DNA of 64,000 bases from Eledone cirrhosa (taxonomy: Eukaryota). Shown here in pieces: positions 41,741-55,661 of this stretch. Below the pieces are notes generated by a model. That model had not been told where the DNA came from and searched no databases. It saw nothing but the letters and a program-made list of their open reading frames with translations. The first letter of the stretch is position 1, and each line of letters opens with the position of its first letter. The stretch lies in contig OZ024748.1 of NCBI GenBank assembly GCA_964016885.1, positions 10,106,001 through 10,170,000 of the forward strand, in the 5' to 3' direction. Position numbers and translations under genes: made by a program.

Positions 41741-42813
41741 AATTATATTTGATATAAATGGATCATGTGTATGTATTTTAGAATAGGTACACCATAGCCC
41801 TGTGTGTTATAAGAAGCAATTAAAAGGATTGGTGTATATATGTACGTATGTATGTGTGTACGTATATATATATATGTATGTGTGTATGTATATATGTACA
41901 TATGTGTGTACGTATGTATATATGTACATATATATATATATATGTATATATGGATGTATATGTATGTATGTATATATGTATGTACGTATGTATGTATATA
42001 TTTATGTTTGTATATATGTATGTATGTGTGTATGAACCCATACCTCCTGATGGAGCCATAATGGCACCATGGTGTTAAACTGTGTCTTGGATATTTTAAA
42101 ACTGGCAGAGCCCATCCTCTCTCCAAGTCTGAACACAGAGAAGGAGTGAAAGAGAGAGATAGAGGAAATGAGAAAGAGATATAGAGGAAGAATCGGCTCC
42201 AGTACTTGACTGATTTTTCTGTTATTGACCTCAAAACAATGAAAAGCCAAGTTGACCTCAGCTTTTCATTGTTCCGCTGTCAATACATTACATTGAATGG
42301 ACTCACGTTGGTTTCTATGGCTGAGAATGGAATAGGTATGGGTGTTTCTGTTTTACATTAGTCACATATCATCATCATCATCATCATCCTTATTTTACAT
42401 CAGCATAGAGTTACGGCTCATTATATTCTAAGTTCAAATCCCACTTAGGTTAGCTTTGCCTTTCATCCTTACGGGGGTGGGGTGGGTGGGTGGGTGGTCA
42501 ATAAAATAAAGTACCAGCACACACTGTAAATGTGGTTGACACTAGGAAGGGCATCCAACCGTAGAGACCAAGCCAGAAACAGTTCTATATGAGCAAGACA
42601 TGGTCACCTGACCCAACTTGTCTCTTATGGAACTACTCGTCTAATCCATGCTAGCGTGGAAAATGGCCGGTAAATGATTATGAACTCACAGCCTCAAAAT
42701 TGTGAATCCAATACTCTAACCACTCAGTCTGACACTTCGAACTGTCTTTCCTCTTTTCCATATAAAGCGTGAAACTAAGACTTATTGTATCTCTGTTTTA
42801 TCATTTCCTTGAA

Positions 42814-42845
<32 letters not shown>

Positions 42846-43338
42846 CAAAGAAGAGATATATATCATAAAAGTAGAAGAGAAAGAACTATGATACAATATA
42901 TTAGATGCCAATAACCGAAGCGAAGTGTGCTCAATGCTTAGAGATGCAATGTTAAATATTATAGTAAGGTTAATATTTATATATAATATATATAACCATA
43001 ACATATCCCTGGATTCCTCCCCTTTGCTAACACTCTCCTGTTAATATATTAACATCTGGCAGATAAAATTTAATATCTCTTTACTCTTGTTATTATCATC
43101 CTCATCACAATTTTTGTTTTTTTCCTAATTCTCCCCAGAAGAGGCTAATATTACATATATACACAGATATGTGTATCAGTGTATGTATATATGTGTATGT
43201 GTATATGTAATATTTATATATGTGTGTGTGTGTTTGTGTACATGTAGATGTGTGTCAGTGTATGTATATGCATATATATATATATGTGTATATGTATATA
43301 TGCATATGTGTGTGTGGATGTATATATATATATATGTG

Positions 43339-43401
<63 letters not shown>

Positions 43402-43779
43402 CTCTAGTTGGCGCGAGCAATAACAAATAAAGTTATTGGGACAAGTAAAATAGGGTGAAACGAGCGAGACATGTAACCAAACAAAGATGGTATGGCAACG
43501 GAAAGATAGGAAGAGACAAGTACATGATATCTGTAAGCTTAAGCTTGGTGAATTCATGGACGAGAGATACAGACCTTCCGACAAGGGTGAGATGTGAGCG
43601 AGAAAAGGATTTCACACAGGTCAAACGGGAGGAAGTGAGATAGGGGGAGAAGCAGAGAGTGAGTGAGTGGAAGTGTGAGGAAGAGGCCAGCTGAGAGAGA
43701 GTGTGACTGGCAGAGGGGGTAAAAAGAGGAGAGCGAGTAAGAAAGAAACAGACAATCACAGCTGAGGAAAAAATATAAA

Positions 43780-43950
43780 TATGAGAAAAATGGAGCACTG
43801 CGTGGTTGCACATGGGTTACATATGAATAAAATTAGTCCTTCATCAGTGATTTTCCAAATACCAATGAAAGTTGGAAGATCACTGATGAAGGACTAATTT
43901 TATTCATATGTAACCCACGTGCAACCACGCAGCGCTCCATTTTTCTCATA
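43780..43950. mobile_element. Palindromic repeat family (also 8897-9012, 33262-33370), probably Penelope-like
   Basis: ~70-bp near-perfect inverted arms containing CTGATGA, adjoining (TA)n. No complete hammerhead could be folded. Confidence 0.45.
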
Positions 43951-44078
43951 TATATATATGTGTGTATATATATATGTGTGTGTGGATGTTTGTCAATGTA
44001 TATATATATGTGTGTGTATATATATATATATGTGTGTGTGGATGTTTGTCAATGTATGTATATGTATATATATGTGTG

Positions 44079-44140
<62 letters not shown>

Positions 44141-45855
44141 AGTGTATGTGGGCATGTGTCAATGTATGAATATATATGTGTATATATATATATGTATATA
44201 TATATGTATATATATATATATATATGTATGTATACATATACATGTGGATGTTTACAGCCTCCATACAATGAGGTCACAACATGGTACTCTTGTTTATATA
44301 TTTTGTTGATCACGTGTGTTAGTTATATCACTGTTTATGTCTTATAACTAGGTCGTCCCCATGGAACTGTTATAACAAGGTCATTGCTCTGTTGGGGGGG
44401 GGAGGGGGGTCTAACATTTTAACTGTGTTTACTGTATACATGAGGAGACTGGGATAGAAGAGAGATGTGTATATATGTATATATATAGACATATATATAT
44501 ATGTGTGTGTGTAAAAGGTAAACAGAAATAACAACACAATCGGTACAGTATATGGAAGGGATATATTAGGTTAACGCTTGATATAGCAGGAAGAGGGTCT
44601 CAACGTTTTGGAGGCTAGTCCTTCATCAGAAGAAAGAATATATATATATATATATATATATATCTATCTATCTAAGGCGGGTAAAATTCCCGAGATCCAT
44701 GGACGAGTTCTCTCCAGCGGTCTCTGTCCCTCATTATCGCTGCCATGTCCTGCGTCTCCAACAGACCAGTGTCTGTCCTTAGGGCATCAACATACGTTAA
44801 CCTTGGTCTTCCTCTATATATATAATCACCCTGGTGAGTCTGTTCTGATGGCTTATCAGGCTGGTGTTTATCCTCAGTTTCCTTAGTGTAGTGGGACTGA
44901 GAGTACAAGGCTCACCTTGCACAGGATGCCAGTCTATCGCAGGATTAACTCCACTCCCCAGCTACTGCTGGTACTCAGTTTAAGCAACACGAAATAAAGT
45001 GTTTTGCTTCAGAGCAACACGAAATAAAGTGTTTTGCTTCAGAACACAACGCGCCACCAGGTCCAGGAATCAAACCCACAACATTATGATCATAAGCCCA
45101 GTAATACCCATAAGTACCAGTAATACACTGGATAATTGCTGGCCTTGTGCCAAAAGTAGAAACAATTATGATCATAAGCCCACCATCCTAAAATGTTAAT
45201 TTACATTATCTGGGTAACCAAAGCTACAAAACTACTTCTAGGCAAGGGTTCTGAGAATTTAAAAAAAAATAAATTACAGCATGTGTACTCTCACTGCTAA
45301 ATGTATTTACTCCATGCACAGAACCTGCCATCTCTGTCAGTCAGTCTAAGATACCATTTCTCTTTGTGCAAACAAAATATACATTGAATGCATTAAAATA
45401 ATTCCTAGCTACTCATTTCCTGCATCGTATCTTTAAATACATTTATATGCATTATATACTTAAATGCACACTCATGTGCACCACAATGCACTTATGTGCA
45501 CTTATATGCACAGAAACCTGTTTATAGCAGGAGAAACTATGTTAAATCTTGACTGAGTTGCAAGAATATGGCTACATCTGTATGTATTATAACATAAAGA
45601 TATTGATTTCGTCTGGACAGGCTTTGTGGAATACCAAGGGACTTCCTATATAGTGTGTGTGTATGTATGTATGTATGTATATAGAGATGTGTTGTGCATG
45701 AATGTATATGTATGTGTATATATTTATAAACAGCATGGCTAATGTCATATGATAGACATTAGCAAAAGAAATATGTATATATATGTGTGTGTATATATAT
45801 ATATATGTGTGTGTATATATATATATATGTATGTATGTATGTATATACGTGTATG

Positions 45856-45906
<51 letters not shown>

Positions 45907-45977
45907 GTATGTATATATATATATGTATGTATATATATGTATATATGTATATATGTATATATATGTATGTATATATG

Positions 45978-46015
<38 letters not shown>

Positions 46016-46077
46016 TATGTATATATGTATATATATATATGTATGTATATATATATATGTATGTATATGTATGTATG

Positions 46078-46144
<67 letters not shown>

Positions 46145-46183
46145 CACCTTTGCAAGCAGGGAAAAGCGGACGTAAAATGATAA

Positions 46184-46229
<46 letters not shown>

Positions 46230-47751
46230 ATAATTGTTTCTACTTTTGGCACAAGGCCAGCAATTATCGCAGTGTATTACTGGTACTTTATTTTATCGAC
46301 CCCGTAAGGATGAAAGGCAAAGTTAACCTCAGCGGGATTTGAACTCAATCCGTAAAGGGACGTAACTGTGCTGCAAAGCATGGCATCTGCCCCTCTACCA
46401 ATACTGCCAATCCACCAGGGTATAAGTATCGTAGGAGAAGAGGAATCAGAAAGGTACAGAGAGATAAATATTTAATATAGAAATGGCTTCTACAGGACTA
46501 GAACTGTTTCATTCAAAAGAAATGATCAGGGCTTTCCTGATTTCTTTTGAATAAAACAATTCTAGTCCTGTAGAAGCCATTTCTATATTAAATATTTACA
46601 CTCTACTAATGTATTGAGTACCTTACTTACTGTGGTTACCCCCAATTGAATCCGGGATAAACATATATATATAATTATATACATATATATATATGCATAC
46701 ACAAGTGACAATATGCCCCCACACCCTCCCACTGCAAGGTGGTCGTGGAGGTGCCACGGCAAAAAAGCACCCAGCACTCACTGTAAATGAGGTTGGTGTT
46801 AGGAAGGGCATCCAGCTGTAGAAATCAAGCCAAATCAGTTCCTGTATGAGCAAGGCATGGTCAGCTGACCAGACACTGCCCACAACAGGACAACCCGTCT
46901 AACCCATGCTAGCGTGGAAGAACGGACGTAAAACGGTGATGATGATGATGATGATGAAGTATACATCTATGTATGCATATATATGTATTTGTGTATGTGT
47001 GTGCATATATATATATATATTCATGTGTGTATGTTATATATATATAAAGAGAGAATGGGGAGGTGATAACAGTTGTTTTTGCACCATACTCTACTAATTA
47101 AAGTTTTATCATGTACTTTCTGTTGAAGGTTTTGAGGGCAAAGTGTGGGATGGGACAGGTTTCGTGGGGGTTTGGGGGGCTGGATAGTAAGGTGGGGTGG
47201 GACGTGAGGATAGAGGTTATAGCAAAGAAATTAATAGAAATGAAAAGTCAGTTTCTTAAACTCTGTGTGTGTGTGTATGAAATAACTTGGATGGTGTAGT
47301 GGTTAGTGTGTTTGGTGTACAACAATGAGTCCGTGAGTTCAAATCTTGAACTTGGGGACACTTTGTACCCTTGAACAAGACACTTTATTTTATGTTGGTT
47401 CAGTCCATGGAGATTACAAAAATGAGTTGTACCTGTAAGAGGGTGTGGGAGGGGTGAGCAACTTGAATGTAGTCAAGCACTCACTGCCCCTCAGCCTCTC
47501 AAGCGATTTGGTCAGTGAAAACTCCTTTTCTGTGTTGTATAAAGCAGGGTTTCCCAAACTTTTTCAAACACAGAACCCCTTTTTGGTTCAGAAACTTTTT
47601 GGGGAACCCCAAAGTCTAATGCTGTTATATGGTCATTCCTCTACCTTTTTACCTTGTTTGAGAAACCCTGGGGAACACCTGCTATAGAGTATTTGTGGTG
47701 AGTAAAAGGAACAACATTGTTGGCGATGCTCTGAAAGTAGATGAAAATCAA

Positions 47752-48056
47752 CTGGCTGGTCTGTTCTAGAGGATTTTGGGGTCCTAGACCAATGGATAAT
47801 TTCCAGCAATCCCTGGCCTGGTCTGTTCTAGAGGATTTTTGGTACAGGGGCCATGAATAATTTCCAGCAATCCCTGGTTTGTTCTAGAGGATTTTGGGGT
47901 CCTAGATCAATGGATAATTTCCAGCAATCCCTGGCCTGGTCTGTTCTAGAAGATTTTGGGTCCTGGAACCATGAATAATTTCCAGCAATCCCTGGTCTGT
48001 TCTAGAGGATTTTTGGTACAGGACCCATGGAGAATTTCCAGCAATCCCTGGCCTGG
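47752..48056. repeat. ~57-62-bp minisatellite, 5 copies, alternating variants
   Basis: gttctagaggatttt...atttccagcaatccctgg repeated. Confidence 0.9.
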
Positions 48057-48363
48057 CAGTGCTGCCAAGGGTTCTTTGTTAGTTCATAATAAACATTATT
48101 TGTTTTAAATGTTATCTTAAGTGTGTCATTGAAGAAAATAAAAGTTGTTATGATCACCATAAAATCTCTATAGTTGTGTAATATATATAGTTATAAAACA
48201 ATCATCATCATCATCATCGTTTAATGTCTATCTTCCACGCTAGCATGGGTTAGACGGAAAGTTGTCCTTCTTGAGGTAAGGTTGGTCGGGTGACCATGTC
48301 TCGCTCATATAGGACTATCTGGCAGGTTTTGTACGGCTGGATGCCCTTCCTAACACCAACCAC

Positions 48364-48427
<64 letters not shown>

Positions 48428-48494
48428 AAAGAGATGAAATCGAAAATGCAACTGGAGTCTTATTTTTTTAAAAAATATATATATTTATTTGGTT

Positions 48495-48572
48495 CCTTTA
48501 CCGGTTTCGCAGTTCTTCTGCTTTTCAAAAGGTGAGTTTTGAAAAGCAGAAGAACTGCGAAACCGGTAAAGG
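48495..48572. ncRNA. Pair of minimal hammerheads, family H, U3-A8 variant (minus 48495-48532 intact; plus 48539-48572 lacks stem I 5' strand)
   Basis: cctt-TTGAAAA-gcag aagaa ctgc-GAAA-ccgg-TA-aagg. Palindromic stem III ACCGGT. Confidence 0.75.
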
Positions 48573-50298
48573 AACCAAATAAATATATATATTTTTAAAA
48601 AAAATAAGACTCCAGTTGCATTTTCGATTTCATCTCTTTTTCTTTATACTTTCACTCGTGTAGGACACCTCGGTTATTTTTCATTTTGTAAAAAAAACCT
48701 CACTTTCTAATATATATATATATATACATATTACTTATGTCTATATAGTAATGTGACAATGTATATCGCCATAATGGCTAAAGACAATATATATACATAA
48801 TACATATATATATATATATATATAAAGGGTATATAGTTATGCAAGAATGTATATGTTACCATAAAAGTTATATAACAATGTGACAATGTATATATTAAGT
48901 TGTTTATCATAAACAACACTCATTAAGTCTGAGTCCATTGATGTTCATGAAGTCAATAATTTGTATCCGCTTTTAGTTTCACATATAAACATGTTTCTCT
49001 GACTTACTTTCTCTCATATGACAAACTTGTTTATCATATGGAACATACACACACATGTAGATGAATACACACACATACACACACACATACACACACCCAT
49101 ACATGGTGGTGATTGTGCTGTGGTAATGTTGTTGGTGGTGGCGGTGGTGTGGTGCTGATGGAGGTGTTGGTGGTCGTGGTGGTGGTGGTGTGGGTACTGA
49201 TGGTGGTGGCGGTGGTGACAGCGGTGTGGTTGTGGCAGTGGTGTGCTTCTGATGGTGGTGGCAGTGGTGCTGATGGTGGTGGCGGTGGTGGCAGTGGTGT
49301 GGTGCTGAAGGTGGTGGCGGTGGTGCTGATGGTGGTGGCAGTGGTGTGGGTACTGATGGTGATGGCAGTGGTGGCAGAGGTGTGGGTACTGATGGTGCTG
49401 GCAGTGATGGCAGAGGCGTGGGTACTGATGGTGCTGCTGTTGGTAGGTGGTGGTGGTGGTGGTGGCGGTGGTGTGGTGCTGATGGTGGTGTTGATGGTGG
49501 TGGTGGTGGGTACTGATGGTGGTGGCAGTGGTGCTGATGGTGGTGGCGGTGGTGACAGTGGTGTGGTGCTGGTGGCAGTGGTGTGGTGCTGGTGGCAGTG
49601 GTGTGGTGCTGATGGTGGTGGCAGTGGTGTGGGTACTGATGGTGGTGGTGTGGGTCCTGATGGTGCTGCTGTTGGTAGGTGGTGGTGGTGGTGGTGGTGG
49701 TGTGGTGCTGATGGTGGTGTTGATGGTGGTGGTGGTGGTGTGGGTACTGATGGTAGTGGCGGTGGTGGCAGTGGTGTGGTGCTGGTGGCAGTGGTGTGCT
49801 TCTGATGGTGGTGGCAGTAGTGCTGATGGTGGTGGTGCTGGTGGCAATGGTGTGGTGCTGATGGTGGTGGCAGTGGTGTGGGTACTGATCGTGCTGCTGT
49901 TGGTAGGTGGTGGTGGTGGTGGTGGTGGTAGCAGTGACAGTGGTGTTGTGAGTGTTGTTGGTGGTGGTACTGCTGATATTTTGACTTTTAGTTATTCTTC
50001 TATATATGTGCTAACAAAATTAAGGTGTGTGCCTGCATGTATGTGTGTGTGTGTGTATATGTGTGTGTGTGCATATATAAGCATGTGGTTGTATATGTTT
50101 GTTTGGACGTTTATGAGAGTGCGTAGGTGAAAGTGGGTGTGTACTTGTGACAATGTGTGTGTAATGTGTGTATGTATATGCGTGAATTGATAGAAACAAC
50201 TCCGACATTGTTTTGAAATGTTTAAAGTTGTATAGTAACATATTTGCTGAATATTTCATCATCACCACCGTCATCATCATTGTCCTTGGCTTACTATT

Positions 50299-50339
<41 letters not shown>

Positions 50340-50448
50340 TGTCCTTGGCTTACTATTATCATCATCATCATCATCATCATTGTCCTTGGCTTACTATCAT
50401 CATCATCATCATTGACCTTGGTTTACTATCATTATCATCACCATCGCT

Positions 50449-50495
<47 letters not shown>

Positions 50496-50752
50496 TGGCT
50501 CTGTTGCTATCGTCATCATCATTGTCATTATTGTACTTGGCTTTCTATCATCATCATCATCATCATTAACATCACCATTGTCCTTGTCAACATTTGTTGA
50601 TTAACCCTTTAGCATTTAAACCGGTTACATCTGGCCAGAATTCTCTCACTTCTTTCTGTTCAAACTGGCTGTAAGTGGCTGTTCATATCGACTTTGGCAT
50701 TGTTATCAAAATAAATATGAAAATCTTTAAAGCCTTTACTGCGAAAATACAA

Positions 50753-51360
50753 TCTATATATATAAAAGCAAGTCGGTCTGTGTGTCTGTCTGTCTGTCTG
50801 TGTACAAATACTAGGCTCCTTTTAACTTTTGAAGTACTAGGCCGATTTCAACCAAATTTGGCACACATGTTGCTTATATGCCAGAGCAGGTTTTGGACAA
50901 AAACAAATTTGAAAAAAAAAATCGATATTGGGGCCGAAAAATCGATTTTGTGTGTGTATCTGTCTGTGTACAAATACTAGGCTCCTTTTAACTTTTGAAG
51001 TACTAGGCCGATTTGCTTCAAGGAATGATATTTCTATGTCCAGTGGATGGTCAACGTGATAGTGGCAGTGCTATCTTACGCATAGGGTTTAGTCTACTGA
51101 AGGACATTCCATCTTTATCCCCTTACTCATACCTACTACAGCAAGGCCGGACCTGAAATCATTCACGTCAATTAACTCAAGCTACCCCATCAATTGTTTT
51201 TATGTTGCCGTTTATTTCACTCAATCATGTCACTGTACACCCATTTTGTTAAACTGTTTTTTACAATTACATTTCAATTCTTTGCTCAACCTTTGGCTCT
51301 CTTTATACGGACAAACAGGCTGTCATTCATTTCCCAAGCAACGCCGGGTACATCTGCTAG
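50753..51360 (+). mobile_element. Non-autonomous Helitron nested in a piggyBac MITE
   Basis: 5'-TCTATATATATAAAA start, (GTCT)n near the 5' end, 3' GCAACGCCGGGTAC...CTAG end, inserted between A and T without TSD. Confidence 0.8.
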
Positions 51361-52625
51361 TAGTATATATATATAGAGTAATGTAAATGCCAAAGGGTTA
51401 AACTGGCTGTATTCAGCCAGAATTCTCTCCTCTTTCGGTTGAAACTGGCTCCACAACCGGCTGCTCATACTTGTTAAATCAACCCCAGTATTTAACTGTA
51501 TCTGGCCAGAATTCTCACACCTTGTTCTGTACAAACTGGCCATAACTGGCTGCTCATACTTATGTTAAATCAACACCATTATTTAACTGGTACTTTATTT
51601 TATTAACCCCAACAGAATGAAAGACAAAGTTGGCCTCAGCAGGATTTGAACTCAGAATCTAAAAAGCCAGAACAAATACCACAATGACATTTTACCTGAT
51701 ACTTCACCAATTCTGACAATCCACCACCATTTTTTTCCCCCTAATATTGGCACAAAGGCCAGCGATTTAACAAAAGGGGAAAATTGATTATATTGACCCC
51801 AGTACCTGACTGGTACTTTATTTTATTGATCCCAGAAGGATGAAAGGCAAAGTTGACCTCAGTAGGATTTGATAGCTTTCAAAATATTAAAAATACCTGC
51901 CATATGACTTTGGTGTGTCCTTTGTCACGTACTTTGACCTTTTTAATGTCTTCTTTGAAGTTTCTTCTAAAATAGGCTAATTATTATTATTATCATCATT
52001 ATTATTTCTATACATATGTTGTTGTTTTGAATATTGTTGTTGTCTTGTAATATCTTTTTAATACTTGAACCTTGATATTTCTCTCTCTCTGTATGACCCT
52101 CCAAAGTGACCCCCAAAGGTCACTGGGGCACATTGCCTGTGCTACTGTTAACAATAAGAGCAGTGGTGTCTTATTTGCAGTGAGAAACACCCTTCTTATA
52201 CCTCTCCCTCTAACCCATATACATATGTGTGTGTGTGTATGCATATGTGTGTGTGTGTATGCACATGTGTGTGTATGTAGATGTGTGTGTGTATGCACAT
52301 GTGTGTGTGTGGGAGCATGAAGCTTAGTGGTAAGGGTGTTCGGCAACTGATTGTAAGGTCATGACTTTGATTCCTGGCAAGACACTTCATTTCACGTCGC
52401 TCCAGTCCACTCAGCTGGCAAAAGTGAGTTGTACCTGTAATTCAGAGGGCCAGCCTTGTCACACTTTGTGTCACACTTAATCTCCCTGAGAAGTATGCTA
52501 AAGGTACATGTGTCTGTGGAATGCTCAGCCACTTGCATGTTAATTTCACAAGCTGTCTATTCCATGGACACATCATCTGTCACTGTCTTTAGACCTGGTG
52601 AGGTGATTGAGTTGCTCCAGGTTTT

Positions 52626-52781
52626 AACAAATGTCCAAAACACACCGTATGTCATGACGGTGCCAACAAATGTCCAAAACACACCTTATGTCACGACGGT
52701 GCCAACAAATGTCCAAAACACACCTTATGTCACGACGGTGCCAACAAATGTCCAAAACACACCTTATGTCACGACAGTGCC
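52626..52781. repeat. 39-bp minisatellite x4
   Basis: aacaaatgtccaaaacacaccttatgtcacgacggtgcc. Confidence 0.9.
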
Positions 52782-53198
52782 CCTAAGTCTCCACCAGGAG
52801 ATAAGGGTCCGGTCCAGACATATCTGCTAGATAAGGATTGACCTTATCTTACGTTTGTTTTTAAATCTGGCTTTAAGTTAAAGATAATAAATAATCAACA
52901 AAGAGGGGTTTATAGGATCTACTTCACACTTTGATTACAGAGTACAAATTCCATTTTAGAAGAGTATAGAGAGATAACATTGAAAGGTGATATGAGATAC
53001 CTCTTAAATTGTTGGTTCATAAACATGGAATGAAGGACTTTGGTACCTAATAACAGTATATATTACTGAAAAATATTAGAAGATAAATATATATGTAAAT
53101 GTAAATTTTCTATATGTAAACTATGTTGTTTTAATATTCTCTTCTAATTAATATACACCTTAACTTCATTATATAATTTTTATCACATATTTTTTTCC

Positions 53199-53242
53199 TA
53201 GTATGAAGAAGTTGGAATTTTAAACAACTGAAACCGGTACTA
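53199..53242 (+). ncRNA. Degenerate minimal hammerhead at the end of a probable Penelope-like fragment (~52860-53310)
   Basis: tag.t-ATGAAGA-agttg..caact-GAAA-ccgg-TA-cta, with C3 mutated. Upstream decayed frame WFINME*RTLVPN resembles the PLE GIY-YIG C-terminus. Confidence 0.45.
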
Positions 53243-54685
53243 ACCTTTTAAAAAAAAAAAATGTTTTACTCTTTTTCCATGATAGCATTTTCTACTGTTT
53301 CTTATTTTCTTTATATATATATATATATATAGAGTCCACGCTGTAATGTCGCCGTGTAGGCAACACAGTAAAAACCTCCCAGCCCCACACTGTAAATGTG
53401 GTTGGTGTTAGGAAGGGCATCCAGCTGTAGAAAACCCGCCAGACAGTCCTATGCGAGCAAGACAATCACTCTTGCCTCAAGTGGGAAAACCCCCGTCCAA
53501 ACCCATGCAAGCGTGGAACACGGACGTTAAACGTTGATGATGATGATGATATATATATCATCATACGTCCACTGTTCCTTGCTTCCAAAAGGATGGAACG
53601 GGTCCTTTTCAACACAGCATCTCTCCATTCGTCACGGTCCTTCGTCATTTCCTCTGTGAGCTTCAGCAATCTGAGGCCAGCTCTCACCACCTCTGCCCAT
53701 CATCATGATTATCATCATCATTGTCATCTTCATCAGTGTCATCATCATCATCATTATCGTCTTCATCAGTGTCATCATCACCATCATCATCATTATCGTC
53801 TTCATCATGATTACCATCATCATTATCATCATCATTATCTTCTTCATCATGATTACCATTATCATTGTCATCATTATCATTGACAAAAGGTGCCCAGTCC
53901 ACCTTGTAAGGTAGTTGTGCTGGTGACAGAATGAAAAACCACCCAGTCAACACTGTACATGTGGTTGGTGTTAATAACCATTATTAATCCATGATAAATT
54001 ATATATTTTCATAGAACATTTAAGTTTCATGATGTTAGTTGAATCCCGTTATTGGAGGTGGTTCTCCTAAACTTACTATTAATCATGATCTTTTATTATA
54101 TACATATATATATATATATATATATAGATTTCTTTATTAGCCACAAGGGCGCAACAAGAGATAGATAGATAGATATCTCTATATATATATTATTTATATA
54201 TAGATAGATAGATAGATAGATATAAACACATGTATATACATGTAAGCTTTACATAACAAAAGATCATATTTTTGTAGATAAGCAGATAATTGTTTCTACT
54301 ATTGGCACAAGGCCAGAAAATTACCCAGTACATTACTGGTACTTTATTTTATCGACCCCGTAAGGATGAAAGGCAAAGTTAACCTCGGCGGGATTTGAAC
54401 TCAGAATGGCAAGGGCCGTAACTCTATGCGTCAAAGCATGGCGTCCGAACCTCTACCGATACTGCCAATCCACAATGATTCACACAAACATTACTCAGTC
54501 TTCATTCACACAAAAGAACAGCCATGTCCAATCAATCAGATATCTATGGTCCCGTGTATGTGTATGCATATGTGTTTATGCATGTGCATCAGTGTTGATG
54601 TGTGTATGAGTATGTTTGTATGTATGTGTATGTCTGTATGCATGTGTATGTATGTATGTATACATATATATATATATATATATAT

Positions 54686-55145
54686 CTTAGTCTTAGATTC
54701 TTCCGCGCCGTTTGGCCCATCGAGCAGTAAGTAAGCGGCAACTTTTTCGAGACCGTGCCAGGTGATGTTGGCTGCCATCAGGTCCTTCCGGAACATTCGT
54801 CGCCAGGTGATCCTTGGGCAACTCTGCCGCCGTTTACCGCCAGGCGGAGTCCAGTTCATCGCTGTTTTCGAATGCCGTTCATTTGGCAGACGCAGAATAT
54901 GGCGGCCAGCCAGACGGCACCGACACTCCGTGACCACTCTCTGTAGCGTCCACGACTCGGCTCTCTGCAGGATCTCTTCGTTTCGTACTCGGTCGCACCA
55001 GGACACATGAAGGATCTTTCACAGGCACCGCTGGTGGAAAGCATTCAGCCGTCTCTCTATTTTTGCCGTACTCTTCCAAGTCTCGCTGGCATAAAGCACT
55101 GTCGGCAGCACTGTGTTCTTGTACAGGCGGAGCTTGGTCTTGTGT
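54686..55145 (-). mobile_element. RTE/RTEX-clade LINE 3' fragment, GC-rich, short (TAAGAC) tail
   Basis: TKLRLYKNTVLPTVLYASETW...LNAFHQRCL, and WCDRVRNEEIL...GHILR...WTPPGGKRR. Confidence 0.88.
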
Positions 55146-55450
55146 GGGTGTATGCATGTACCAACAGTTGTTGAACCATCTGTGACTCCCTCAAACGTTT
55201 GTATAGTTAGGATTATGTTATCCAATCTTTAGTTTTAAATCATTATGACCCAGGTCATGCTGGAGCACAACTTTCTATGTATGTCCAATGAGTAAAAAAT
55301 TCTTGTTGTTTTTTTTTTCCATATACGTGTCATCCGTAGTTGGTGGTAGATCAACAAATTGGTGAAAACTGGCTGCTCTGCTTTGGTTGTAGGATATATA
55401 TATGGGAACATTGCAAAATATATTGATATTGCAGGTTTTTGGTGCTTTAA

Positions 55451-55661
55451 CCCTTTAGCATTTAAACCGGCCAAATTTCTCTGACTTTTTCCTGTTTAAA
55501 CCAGCTGTAACTGGCCACTCATACTGATGTTAAGGTATTGCTCTGAAAATAAATAACATCAAAATTTCATAGCTTCGATATTATGTGAGATAATTATGTG
55601 AGGTAAAGCCTTTATTGTGAAAATGCAATAGTATATATAGAGTAATGTAAATGCTAATGGG
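55451..55661. mobile_element. Intact piggyBac-type MITE
   Basis: TTAA-CCCTTTAGCATTTA...TAAATGCTAATGGG-TTAA. Confidence 0.8.

Noticed and set aside
43835-43900. CTGATGA in the 43.8-kb palindrome family as a ribozyme
   Set aside because: No downstream stem II-GAAA-stem III arrangement found.
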